DNA of 64,000 nucleotides from Lytechinus pictus. Its lineage: Eukaryota. The position numbers and the translations under genes are program-made. The notes below the pieces were generated by a model. It worked only from the letters and a program-made list of their open reading frames with translations, was not told the origin of the DNA and ran no database searches. The stretch spans positions 27,406,001 through 27,470,000 of the forward strand of contig NC_087245.1 of the NCBI RefSeq assembly GCF_037042905.1, read 5' to 3'. Shown in pieces: positions 27,065 to 40,171 of this stretch (positions within the stretch are counted from its first letter, which is position 1; each line of letters begins with the position of its first letter).

Positions 27065-27757
27065 CATGCCAATTTTATGCAGATCGTTCTACACAAAATG
27101 TTAATCCATTTGAGAGAAGCAAATCGGCAGTATATCCTACGAAAACCTGATGCCTCATGGGTAAAATTTAAAGTCCAACGCCATGACGACACCCGAATGA
27201 TTATTTATGAACCTTGGACAAGAACCGTCATCTCGGGGATGCCACTTTTATGCAGATCGTTCTACACAAAATTTTAATCCATTTGAGAGAAGCAAATCGA
27301 CAGAATATCCTAAGAAAACCCGATGCCTCATGGGTAAAATTTAAAGTCCAACGTTATGACGACACCCTAATGATTATATATGAACCTCGGACAAGAACCG
27401 TCATCTCGGGGATGCCACTTTTATGCAGATCGTTCTACACAAAATGTTAATCCATTTGAGAGAAGCAAATCGGCAGTATATCCTACGAAAACCTGATGCC
27501 TCATGGGTAAAATTTAAAGTCCAACGCCATGACGACACCCGAATGATTATTTATGAACCTTGGACAAGAACCGTCATCTCGGGGATGCCACTTTTATGCA
27601 GATCGTTCTACACAAAATTTTAATCCATTTGAGAGAAGCAAATCGACAGAATATCCTAAGAAAACCCGATGCCTCATGGGTAAAATTTAAAGTCCAACGT
27701 TATGACGACACCCTAATGATTATTTATGAACCTTGGACAAGAACCGTCATCGCGGGG
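27065..27757. repeat. Tandem repeat, 4 x 173 bp arranged as two 346-bp dimers
   Basis: ATGCAGATCGTTCTACACAAAA recurs at 27077, 27250, 27423 and 27596, with alternating diagnostic variants. Confidence 0.95.
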
Positions 27758-29846
27758 CTACAAGTTAAGAGTCCTAGATGTGAGCAATTTATCATTCCAT
27801 CTTTTACCTCAGGGGGCAGCACTCATCTATTGACCTAATGACCAGTAACTGGGTCATAGTGTGATGTACGTGACCAGGGGGGAATAGTCACAAGGTCATT
27901 AAGAAACGCCATTATCGTTAACTTTTATATCTTGGCAAATATATCGTTATGATTAATGTCCGTTTACTTGATGTTAGCCACTTTTCTAATTCCCGATGTC
28001 CCATTAGGAAGTGTGAAAGAAAGGAGGGATTAGAAAAGACGGAGGAAAGTAAAGAAATAAGATATCGGTCCTGAAACTTCCTAATCTGGCATATCAATCA
28101 AAATAATGTTTATTCTTACTATTCATTTCCGAATGTTGTTTATCAATCATTGATAATGTTGATGTGCAATCATATTTGTCAAATTTTCATTCAGGAAGAA
28201 AAGATTGTTCGAAAATTACACAAGGGATCTATTAATGTAATAATAACAGTTATTTTTAAGCTGGAAATTGAAAAGATTTATAATAAAAACAGAGGAGACG
28301 CCATGGAAGAGAAGGTGAGCCACAGTGAGTCGCATGAAAGGGTGGGGTGGGGTGGGAAAGGAATCATATCATATGAGAAGTTCGGGTTTGAAATCCCTAA
28401 ACTTTGCCCTGTATTTGGTTTTTGTTTTGTTTTTGTTTTTGTTCTGTCCTGTGTACTTATTAACATTACAAACTTTACAATATCATTCCTGATGGTTTAC
28501 TGGATACTTCATATCTTAATACACATTGGTCATAATGTAGTTTCACTTCGCAATCGATTTGGTAAAAGAATTGTCAAATCATATCTTTATTTCATCCGAG
28601 GTTATTGCGTCAAGTTTGAATAACAGTCTCATGAAATTATTTTCATAAGCGAACCTAGAGGTTAAACAATTCTTATTGTGTTTATCTTTTTATTGTAAAA
28701 TTTATATTTTTTGATAGGTCGAAGGAATTGTGGTTTCTTTCACTCGGTTGTGTTATCTCTGAAATGAATTTCGTTGTAATGGAGACAGTTATATAGTGAA
28801 ATGTAAACTGGTAGGCAGTATAAGTATTATGTAAGAATTTTACTACCGGCGCATTCCTTGTTTTACATTGCTTTACACTGTCTTGCAGAAACTGTTAATA
28901 AGGAATTAATAATACAAACCTGAACTGACTTAAAATAAGTTTCAAGTATATAATGTGTCACAATACCTATTACACATTCACAAGAAGCGCTGGATTATTA
29001 ATCCCAATACGAAGAAATCTATACATTTTTATAATGATTATATGGAGTATCAGAACTCTTACTCTCTATGGAAATGCTATCATAAAAATATATTTGTCAA
29101 CAGTTTTGGCAAATAACCATGAATTTTAGCGCATAATTCATTTTCATTTTATGGAATGGAAAACAATACCGTACCACTGTGGCGTAATGAGCCAAAAAAT
29201 TGAGGGAGCTCTATTTTGACATAATATTCAGAAAATAATATCATATTACATCCTTATCCCTTTCCTTGTCTTTTTTTTTCTTGGTCGTAATTTTTATTAT
29301 TATTATTATTATTATTTTATTTATTTTTTCCCCTCCCTCTGTACGCCATTGCCGTACCAAGAGTATGACAGTGGAATGTGGCTGTTTCATGTAAATTCTT
29401 TCTGCATGGCTTACAGATTTTCAACAAAGGAAGCGATGAAAATGAAAAATTATCCTTTTCCAGATAAAAGAAAGATGTCGTATAATTTATCATGACTATT
29501 TCTTTTATTCAAGCATATTTTGTTATCATTGTTATATCCGACTTGAATAACTATTAAGACACCATATGAAATGAGCCCAAAAAATATTGCCCAAAAATGG
29601 CGTATGAGGCTAAATGTCTTTAAAAAAGGAACAGAAAAGGCTGCGAGCGAGCAAGAATATTGATATTGATATTTTTTTATAAATATCTAAGTTTGTGATA
29701 GATTTGACATAATATTCGGGAAATGTTATCACATTTTACCTTCTGTCTTGGTCGTGACAAATTTGAGGGGTCCATTGCCCCCCACCATGCCCTGCTGTAC
29801 GCCCGTGGTATCATCGAAGCATTCATTGTTTTACGTTGTTTTGCAG

Positions 29847-29948
29847 GAATATCAACTGTGAATGAAGAAATAGTGAGTAACACGACTAGTCCACGACTTA
29901 CCCCTTCATCGGGTGCATCTATTCGGTTTGAGTTCGTCTCACAGCAAA
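29847..29948 (+). CDS. Ig receptor cytoplasmic exon (Ser/Thr-rich)
   Basis: TTTTGCAG acceptor and GTAAGT donor, phase 1-1; GISTVNEEIVSNTTSPRLTPSSGASIRFEFVSQQ. Confidence 0.7.
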
Positions 29949-32581
29949 GTAAGTTTTGATTAACAGTAGTAGTTGAGTTGAGTTGAAGCCTAAATTGAGT
30001 TGTAATATTTAGAGTAACGCAGTGTAGCGTATAGTGTAGAGGGTACATACAATGTAGAGTGTATATTGTAAAGGGTTGTAGTTAGTGTATTCGGGTTAGG
30101 TCAGTTTTTTTTAGTCTTGTGTATTATTATCAAGTCTAGTCGTCTAGTCTATAGTCTTATCTATTCTGATCTGGTGTTGGTTTCGGATTTGACTTTGGTT
30201 TGGTTCAGTTCAAGTTTGCATGGTTTGATTAAATTACGTTTAGTTCAAATGATTTCAGAGTTATCTGAGTTTGATATAATCTCACTTAGTTTTACTTATT
30301 CAATAAACTTTGGAATAAATGTTATCATGTTTCAGTGTAAAAAGAAAAACAAAGCCCCTCTCCACCCAATATCATGACAATTTACATGTACAGTATATTG
30401 GATATATTTCATATCAACTTGATATTACATATATGCGAGAATGGGGAAAAATGCATGCGAGAAATGAGAGGAGATCAGGAAAAACCATGCCTTGTTTATT
30501 GAATCATATATGAATGGTGTAAAATCAACATTAAATAACGATTCCATTTGACCAAACTGCGAATTACATTTTTTTTGTTCTGTGCGCACATTCATCTCTA
30601 AGCCTCGTGAAAAAGCACTGCGAAATAGCCTGAGGATAAGACTTTGCCTTTGTTACATTTCGACATTTCCAATTTCCTCCCCGGAGTGATAATCATGATA
30701 ATGGTATGAAGTAGCATTTGAAGTCCGAATAAACCAATCCAACTGCATACTTTTCCGATATTCTAAAGTCTCGTTTGAGGTACAGCTGAAATAATTCCAT
30801 TTATGAAGGAATCCATGTTTTCCGGATTCCCATTCGATTCGACAGGTCATTGACTCATTAACGTCATGCGTACGTCAGCGCATGTACATGTAACAAGAAC
30901 CATTTTTTTTTTATTATTATTTTATTTTACTATCATAAGTTTTTATATCGTTTATATTTAGCATTAATAACCAGGGCGGGGTTGCAGGGTGGGTCATAGT
31001 CTGCAGGCACAGACCCTTTGTTTTCGCATTTTACATAGTGCATAATGCAGAGTCTGAAATAGTGAGACTAGATTCACTATGTACTGACATTGACTTTGGC
31101 ATTTATAGTCTTCACTCTAGACATGGTATAATCGGTTAAAGTATCAAATATGAGTCTGTGCTTGCAGACTAGGTGGGGGAAGGGGGCGACCGCCTCCCCA
31201 TGACTGTACTAATTCTGAGGTATTGATCAGAATACAAAATTATCAAACAGAAGATAAGAGAAGAAAAGAGGAATAAAAAGAAAAAAAACAGAAAGAAGGG
31301 CATATATAGATTTATTTGTAATAAAACTATATATTACCCCTATACACTGTAGTTCAGATTTAGGTCCCCCTCCCATGACTGTATGTTTTTTTATTAGAGC
31401 TCAACTTATTAAAAAAATGAAATGAAAGAAGAAGAAAGAAATAAGAGGAAGATGGAAGAAAAAGGAGCATAAATATGGATTAATTACCCATGAAAGGCTA
31501 TATTATTCCTGTAATTTAATTAATAACTTTAAGGTCGGCTTGTCCCCCCCCCCCCCCATTTTCAAGAAGTTACAAAAATAGGAAATAAAGAAGATAAAGA
31601 GGAAGGAAAAGATAGAGAGGGTAAAGAGGAGCACAGATCGACTTGCCCCCCCCCCCACCCACACCAAAATACCTGCGCCGCTCCTCATTTTCTTAATATT
31701 TCGTCAAAAGAAGCGATGTTTTTGGGCTGAAACAATTAGAATATGCTGACTCGCATGAAATCAAATGAAATCAAAAACTTAAAATTCTAATATGTTCTTT
31801 TTTAATCTTAGATGCATTTTTTTTCTCAAACCTTCACCAATATTTTTTTTTAGTTATTTTGTTGTTGTTGCCTTTTACAACAAACATTTTGTTAGGGTGA
31901 TTATATACATTGTATTGAATTGGTTTGTTAATTTGAATTGCATTTCGCATGATGATTTTGAAATGTGAAATCTATGTATCTATTTTGCTAAAAATCATGA
32001 TGGAAATAATGAGAGTTTCAAGCTGCGCTGATGTAAATATTGGAAATATCTTGAAAATGTCAACATCGAACATGAAATTACTCGATGAATGCTGGGGCTC
32101 GCATCACACCCATGCTGGTATTTCGAAAGTTGCAATTTACCGTGATTACAGCGTAATGAAAAATGTAATTAATGTTAAGAGAGGTGTGACGATGTTCCAC
32201 GTTGTATTCACGTGAATGTTATTACTTTATATCTACTGAAAATGATGTCATAAATAGCATGAAGTGGATTTTATGAAATCATTAACCTAATTCTTAGCTG
32301 GTAATATGAAGAATATGGATTTGAAGTTATGTAACTATTTCGTTGATGTTAATTGAATATCTCACCCCCCCCCCTCTTCCCCTTTGTCTATAATGTATTG
32401 TGTAATGATAGCAATAATAATGATTTAGTATTTGACGAGGTGCTCAGAAAGAAATGTCTTAGTGCTTACTGCTAATCATTCCCATATTTCATTTGTTTGT
32501 GAGATATTGGGGATGTTGAAGATGGTAAGTAAGTTCTTTAAAATTGCCAAGTGTTTGACGCAGGGACTATTTTCGGATCTG

Positions 32582-32726
32582 GAGCCCGTTGCAGAAAGAG
32601 TTGCGTTTAAACGCAAGTCAAAAAATAAATTGCAAGTCCAAAATGGGCGCTGTTGATTGGTTACAAATGAAATTGCGCCTGATTTTTAGAGTTGCGTTTG
32701 ATTGCAACACTTTCTGCAACGGACCC
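32582..32726. mobile_element. Harbinger/PHIS-type MITE, same family as 7775-7919
   Basis: CCCGTTGCAGAAAG ... CTTTCTGCAACGGACCC. Confidence 0.75.
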
Positions 32727-33823
32727 CCGCACGCAATAACCTAGAAAATTTAACAGGGTGCACGTACGGACAACGACTAGGATATACAAAATTAAGTTTA
32801 ATCGGAATATGATGTTACCTTATCAGGATGCGATACACTCTTTAAAAGTTTGGGCAAAAAAGGGGCCCAATTTTTAACCATCGCTGGGCAACATACTGCC
32901 CACACAACTTTCGGTTAAAATGTGTCCAAATTGGGTAATAAAAACTGATAATTGGGTAATAAATTTGTTCAATTGGATAATAATTACCTTGAATATACAT
33001 ATTTTTTTTACCAACATACATTACCCAACACGGTGGACAGTATTCATTTCATTTCATTTATTTCACTTCCATCAAACAAAAACAAATTGTATACCATATA
33101 TAAAACATAAATATTTGTATCCGTTGCAAACAAAATTAATTATACATATGTAGTGAAAAAAAAACACTTAGACGATTCGGGCAACACATTGTAGGCTTTA
33201 AATATATATACTATTTTTCAATAGAAATTAAATTAAGATTTAATTAAGTATGTTGCCCAACATTAAGTGTGTATATTATACAAGTATATACACAACCAGC
33301 GCAATGTTCAACGCATCATGAAGCCTATATATGTCTGATACAAAAGAATTGAAATGTCATCATGAAAGATATATAGGGCTTTTTTATTCATGTAAATGTC
33401 ACCGTGTAACCTGTGACTAGTGTGAAATAAAGAGTATGGAAAAGTAATGAATTAAAAAATATTCAACTCAATTAAATGAATATCAAAAGTATCACATTGT
33501 CTGTCTGCCTCTCTCTGTGTTGTTCTACCCACTCCCCTATATAAACGATCATCCTAATATTGCAGCCTTAACATGTTTTTTCACGTTGATGATAATGTTT
33601 CCACAAAATGTTCGTCTTCACGAAATAACATTTTTCAAAGAAGCTTAGAATCCGTCATAGACTTTACATATGAAACTAAACATCAATGTTTTCCAAGAGG
33701 AGGGGGGGGGGGGGTAAGAATTTCCGTCACCCCCAGCATTATAACTTCAGTTATTAATACTGTGAAATTATTCACTATCTTATCAATATTTATATTATTT
33801 CACGTTTATTTCATCTATCACAG

Positions 33824-33906
33824 GCGTAGAGAACACATATGACTCGATACCGGTAGTCAGTGCAATGCCAACTGCTATACCAAATGCATTGCAACCAAGA
33901 AGAAGG
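33824..33906 (+). CDS. Ig receptor cytoplasmic exon (YDSI)
   Basis: CACAG acceptor and GTAAGA donor, phase 1-0; SVENTYDSIPVVSAMPTAIPNALQPRRR. The phase-0 end matches the last exon. Confidence 0.75.
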
Positions 33907-35279
33907 GTAAGACTTCATCAACATTTTTGTCCGACAAGTTGTCACATCTGAAAAAAAAATCCTTGATTTTGATTGGCTTAGAAGCGCTGTTACTACGGTA
34001 ATCGGATTGAATTGAATTTAATTCATTTCCATTAAAAACAAATAAAAATAGCTATAAAATGATACATGTGAATTGACAAATGAAAACGGGAGGATGGCCC
34101 TACTCAGCAGCATCAATCCGATGGTGCTGCTGGTCTACCGAGGCGGGGTCCTCGTGAAATGAGGCTTTTGGGATAAAATTTCCTACATATCCTTTCATGA
34201 AACACTCTCTAAGTGCCATGGTATCAACAGAATATTAGTACGTCGAGTCGCAATGTGTCACCATTCCATTGGTTGTTTGCATATGACCAAAAAATAGTTT
34301 CGGCCAATCAGAAGGTTGATTTCTCTTTGCCGTATTGGATAGAGTGAACAAACAGTAATCGAGTGAGGAAGCTTTACTCCCTAAATGCAAAAGAGTTGAT
34401 CTGTATCCTGATCACACTTCTCGGTCGATCGGAGTGAGACATTCTCACTCATTTTGGAGTGAGATTTGCTTCTTTGGAAAGTGAAATTTGACCTATTTTG
34501 GAGTGAAAATGTTAAAGAAGAAAGATGCACAATTCACTCCAGATGTACAGTTTACCCCCAAAAAGAGGAGTGCTATTTTGCATTTAGTATAAGCGATTGT
34601 AATAAATTACGCCTTTTAAATTGGTTGAACCATCCAATAAGTTAATTATATGAGTAAGTAAATAATTATGGAATTACTTTCTGGTTGGGTGATACAACTG
34701 TAAAACTATTAAGTATATTTACTCTCTCGTTATATCATGTGATATCACCTTTCTATTGTCATGTCCATACATTCGGCATCTGTTTTCTCAAACATCCTTC
34801 ATTATTTGTAGACGTATATTATGAAGTAAGAAAAAATTGAAAACCATTTCATAGCGGCTATTTGAAAACACACATAGGTTATTTCGTGAAAGAATTTAGT
34901 GCTATGAATTAAGATATAAACTGTTTCTTCGATTTTAGACACTAACAAAGTGCATCTACAGGAGTGGGTCTATACTTTCGAATGTCACTTGGGTTAAACC
35001 GAGTTAAATGTTACTCAGGGGCGCGGCTCGCTCGAGGGAAAGAGAGCCCAAAGGGACATAACCTTTCTCAACTAAATAACAGGGGTAATACAATATAAGA
35101 CACGGAACTCTCTTTTTGAAACTCTCCTGTATTCTTTCATGCATTTTTCTTCATCTCTTCCGATCTTTTTCTCCTCATTTTTGTATTGTATCTGTTTAGT
35201 AATTGAAAAACTTAGAAGGGGGAGATCCTCGCCTGTCCCCTCTGTAATCGCTAATATCTTGACACAATCTTAATTTCAG

Positions 35280-35564
35280 AGGGTACATTCAGATGATGGG
35301 TATTACTACGACGTGCCTCCCCCACCCCGAGGGTTCGACACCATCCGCCGAGTGCAGTCCAGACAATTACCCACCATACCCACTGTGTTTGTTCCTCCTG
35401 AAACCATGCAGGCTGTTCTAAGAAGTCTTAGCCGAGACGCGGGTGAGAGGGAGAGGCCCTCGTTGACGCTGGAGCAACAGCCCGGTGGACGCTCGGAGAC
35501 GATCATTAGAGAAGAGGTCCAGCTTTTCAAGAAGAGTCAACTCCGGAGGGTTCTTTCTCTGTAA
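35280..35564 (+). CDS. Ig receptor terminal coding exon
   Basis: TTTCAG acceptor, phase 0; RVHSDDGYYYDVPPPPRGFDTIRRVQSRQLPTIP...RRVLSL*; GC-rich relative to the flanks. Confidence 0.8.
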   Translation, partial: RVHSDDGYYYDVPPPPRGFDTIRRVQSRQLPTIPTVFVPPETMQAVLRSLSRDAGERERPSLTLEQQPGGRSETIIREEVQLFKKSQLRRVLSL

Positions 35565-38092
35565 AACATTTAATCTGAGGCCATCTTCGTCAACCCTCAA
35601 GCCCGCCCTCAAGAAGGTTAGCCGGACTCTAGATAAGAACGGCCGACGTGGTGTAGACGTAGATTTATCAGCTAGTGTATATTTTGACAGTATTACAATA
35701 TATCAAGAAGCAGAGGATATTCTTCCAAAGCGCGCTGTCATTTCTGGAAAACTTTGGGGTAAAACAACCTGTAGTCATCTACGTCACCCTTCAATAAGCT
35801 TCATTCTTGAACAAAAGGTTGTGTAAAAATGTCAGGTTTATTAATGGGTGAAGTTATAGCAGCTGCCAGCGGTGAAGCGGGGGTGCTGAAGCACCTCCAA
35901 GATTTACCAGGGGTGCTGCTTGTGTTATTCTCCATAGGTATAGCACTCCCTGGAAATCTGGTATGATAAATGTAACCAAAATGACCTACATTTTGATGTG
36001 AAAACCCTTTTCTGGGCTTGTTAAATTTCTCATGAACAAAATGGCCTTCATTTTGTAGTTTGTAGTGAAAACTGTTTTTTTTTTGCTTGTCAAATTTAAA
36101 CCAGTACCCCTGTTAAAAATCGTTCCCAGGGGACCCTGGCAACTGCAGTTGCTGAAGTCACGTAAGCAACCATTGCAACCTGCCGCTTTCTTTACATAAC
36201 TATTTTTAGAGTGTTCAGTCTTCAGATATAATAATGCTGGCAATATGCTGTCATTGTAAAAGCATGACCGAAGATTTCTTATGAAGAAACACTCTTAAAG
36301 GAAAACTTAACCCATGGAACTATAGCACTCCGTCCACAATTGACGTATACATACCATTATAGCAGGAATAAGTTTTTAATTTTTTTTAAAGATATGATTA
36401 TCAGGAAGCAAGGTAAAACACAAATATGGTTTTTTTTTTGGCCAATGTTGTTGTGAAAATGTTGTAAATGGTAGTTGAAAATGTTGTTTTTGTTGCAATT
36501 TTATGGCTATATAATAAGGCTACATGATCAGACACTCATGGATGAGGATCTTTGAAGTCTTGAGCTAGTAATGTATAATAAAATAACAGAAGCGATGAAA
36601 TAATTTATCTCTGTGGAAAATACTGGCTCATTTAGTAAGTATTAGTAAGTAATTCTTACTAAATTATTGATATATTTTCCGCGTTTTTCAGAAGGTAGGA
36701 GCGGTCTTTTAGACACAGACATCATATGGATTCGTTTACATTTTATCCAGTTGCGCTATAAATTCTTAATACCATTCGAATAACTTACTTCAGTCCAGGA
36801 TTTAATACTATACCCTACTCTAAACATAACCCTAAACTTAACCTAACACGCTTTTGCAACCCTAACCATAACCCTTTCAATAGTTGACGTAGACGAAATG
36901 AAGCCAGGAGCAATAGTCGCAGGAGCAAATGTCCTCATAATGAGCTAAAACTTTTTATTGGGGGGGGGGGGGGCAGACAAGGCGTATGGCACTGGTGTCG
37001 ACCCCCCCCCCATCTGTGCGCCAGTGTAACCGACATCCCAGGCCAAAGAAATAACTTTGTTTTAAAGAGTCTTTGCATTGAAAATTCCAAGGCAATACTA
37101 ACAATTTTATTGTTGAAAATGTGAAGTGAAATATAATTTTTTTAACCAAAAAAATTCAATGGAGGACATTGACGTTTCCTATGCAATTCCATGTCGATGT
37201 TATTATGTAATATTATGTAAACATTTAAGGTACTTCAAAATTTGTTCTTAATACTTTTAAGTACCAAAAGTGATATATCAAGGTTTTATCACAAGTATCA
37301 TCGTTCAAGAGTGAGCGGGGTGAAGAAAGTACATAAATGTTATGAAAAAAATATTCGATTTTGTATATATTGTACATGTATAGTCGTGTATATTTTGCAT
37401 ACGTTCGCAATGTCGGTAACACAGTGAGGGAAATGAATGAGACATATAGATAACTGTTTGAAAATGTCTGGTTTTGTATATATTGTATACATATTCTGTG
37501 TATATTTTGCATACCGTCAGATTTATCAATGTCCGCAATAGTACAGATAAAATAGATATATATTTTTGAAATAGGTTAAATAGAAAGAAAAGAAAAGATT
37601 TGCATGACCTTGTAGTTCTTATTGCCTTTGCTGTAATGGATTAAGATGAAAACCTTCAAAAAAATATTTTAATTAGATTTTCACTTTGACAAGAGGAATT
37701 AGGGAAGAAGAATCATTGTTGAAGAAGAAGAAAAGAAAAGAAAAAAAAAAGATGGGGAAAAGAAGGAGAAAAGGATTTAGAGTGATATAAGAAGTAAAAA
37801 GGAGAATAAGGTAGAAAGTTTAATATCTAACAACAAAAAATGCGTAATTTCTTTACCTGTCCATAAGATTTTGTCGAAGTCAAAATTATCTAGTCGAAGT
37901 GTGGACTACACCAGACTTATTGACTAATTTCTGTGTAAAAATATATAATGCTTGTGTGTATCGAACAAGGTATTTTTTTACCCTAAGTGAGCGTTTGCAG
38001 AGGAAAGATATTAATAAAATGAGAGAGAGAGAATGGACTTGTGGAAAGGAATAAAGAAGAAGAAATATCCCTTGCCTTATGCTTATTTTATA

Positions 38093-39082
38093 CAGTGCGT
38101 ATCAAAAAAAAAGTTTACACTTAGAAAAAATCCTTTAAAATTATACATTTGTAATATCCTGACGATTTTTCCACATTTTAACATTGGTACAGATCCATTT
38201 AAGCAAGTGACGATATAACTGTCGAAAAATATTTCCGCTTGAGTGAGCACCACTTACTTTTGAAAAGTTAGTGAAAAATTATTTGCGCAGAACTTTGAAA
38301 TAGTTATGGGAATAAAAGTAGACCTTAATCATGAAGAACACGTTGAATTTAGCTAGTAAAATTGGTTTGAAAATATCTTTTACCTTTTTAACTTGTTTTC
38401 TTGCCCAAAACACTTCAAAGAGTGCATTGCGCCCCACCCCACTCCCCCACACACCGAGGCCATCGTGGCGATATTTGCTTTACACTGAGCTGTGATTTAC
38501 ATGAAATGGCTTAGGCTTGATTTTCATTTTGTTAATCATTGTCAAGCTTGGAAAAGGGGTGGAGAAACAAGTATTAAATGAAAAATGAAATGTAAACCCA
38601 CTTTAAATGATAAAAACTTATTGAAAAATGCTTGAGATGTCTATTATAAACTTTTGTTCAGATTTAGTTATGTCCTCAGATCCAGCTGGCACAAAAAGGG
38701 TAAAGGTTGTGCTTACTAAGTGTTGAAATTTCAATTTGGGTGGCAAAATTGTTACAAAATGCTTGAATGTATCTGTTGTATTTCAATTGACTAAAAATGC
38801 AAGGGAAATGTATGAGAAATGTTTCGCAGGGTAAATTTGATTTCGCCTTTTCCCCTTGACACAGCGTGAAAACGAGCATTTCTGCGCAAACAGATTTCTG
38901 CGAGCTTTACAAAAATGGACAGTGCTCACTCAAGTGTAATAACATTCTGTCAAAACTTTTACTTTCATTGGATAGATGAGACCCAAACCTAAGATTATAT
39001 GTGAAAAAATTACCCACATGTTGTATATTTTTTAATTCCCAGGGCTTTTTCAAAGTGTAAACTTTTTTTTTGATACGCACTG
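38093..39082. mobile_element. Tc1/mariner non-autonomous element
   Basis: TA|CAGTGCGTATCAAAAAAAAAGTTTACACTT ... AAGTGTAAACTTTTTTTTTGATACGCACTG|TA. Confidence 0.9.
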
Positions 39083-39222
39083 TAGAACAAGATGGAAGGC
39101 CTTAAGCGGTTGTCTTGGTCGATCTTGTCCCTTTCCTCTATCAAAGTGGCCTCTCCTGAAAAAAGAGTTGATTCAAGTTTCAAAGGAATCAAAGGCGTTC
39201 AAAATGATTGGGGAGACGTCAA

Positions 39223-39815
39223 AGGTCAAGTCCATCCCAGGAAAATGCTGACTTGAATAAATAGAGAAAAATCAAACTAGCATAGTACTGAAAATTTCAT
39301 CAAAATCGGATGTAGAATAAGAAAGTTATGACATTTTAAAGTTTCGCTTATTTTTCACAAAACAGTGATATGCCGCGAACTAGGTGAGTCAGTCGAAGAT
39401 GTCCATCACTCACTATTTATTTTGTTTTTTATTGTTTGAATTATACAATATTTCATTTTTTATAGATTTGACAACAAGGACCAACTTGACTGAATCATAT
39501 AGTATTAAACAATGCTAATTCCACATGTTCACTGAGGAATTAATCCTTGTATCACTTGACAATGAGGAGAAAATTAGAATATTTCATATTTCATATAATA
39601 AAATACAAAAGAAATAACGAGTGGATGATGTCATAGTCTCCTCAGTTGCATACCAGCCAGGATATGCATTAACTGTTTTGTGAAATTAAGCGAAACTTGA
39701 AAATGTCATAACTTTCTTATTTTACCTCCGATTTTGATGAAATTTTCAGTGTTATGCTTGTTGGATTTTTCTCTTTTTATTCAAATCAACTTTTTGTTGG
39801 GGGTGGACTTGTCCT
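39223..39815. mobile_element. Kolobok-type MITE (third family)
   Basis: TCAA|AGGTCAAGTCCA ... TGGACTTGTCCT|TTAA with long imperfect TIRs; a partial copy starts at ~50047. Confidence 0.8.
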
Positions 39816-40171
39816 TTAATGCAATAGGCCCTTTGTAGCATTATTTTTTCTTCTCCTGGAGACAGCACAGGTCTCCATCTGGTTTATTGTCTTACTGGTA
39901 TATTAAAACAGAAAATAACAACGGTCTGATATTTCTTTTCATAGCCATTGATGACATATCGATCATAATTATTGCAAGAGGCCAAATTGAAGAAGGGTTT
40001 GACTTGGTTGGAATAATTACAGTTTTACCTTTCTTGTTATCAATTGTACCGATTTGACCACTGGGTGTGACCAGCTGTGTCACTGTTTAAAACTGAATCA
40101 TCTGTTTTGTTAGATTTTTTTTGCCCGTGAAAATCTGGCTTGTCTTAGAAGAGCGCGAAAACTGAACCCCT

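Noticed and set aside
27077..27838. Repeated ORFs MQIVLHK...
   Set aside because: By-product of the 173-bp tandem repeat; the unit length is not a multiple of 3.
36800..36935. Interstitial telomere-like AACCCT tract
   Set aside because: Degenerate, and part of a dispersed repeat sharing the GGAGCAA..GTCGC.GGAGCAAA end also seen at ~18538-18573.
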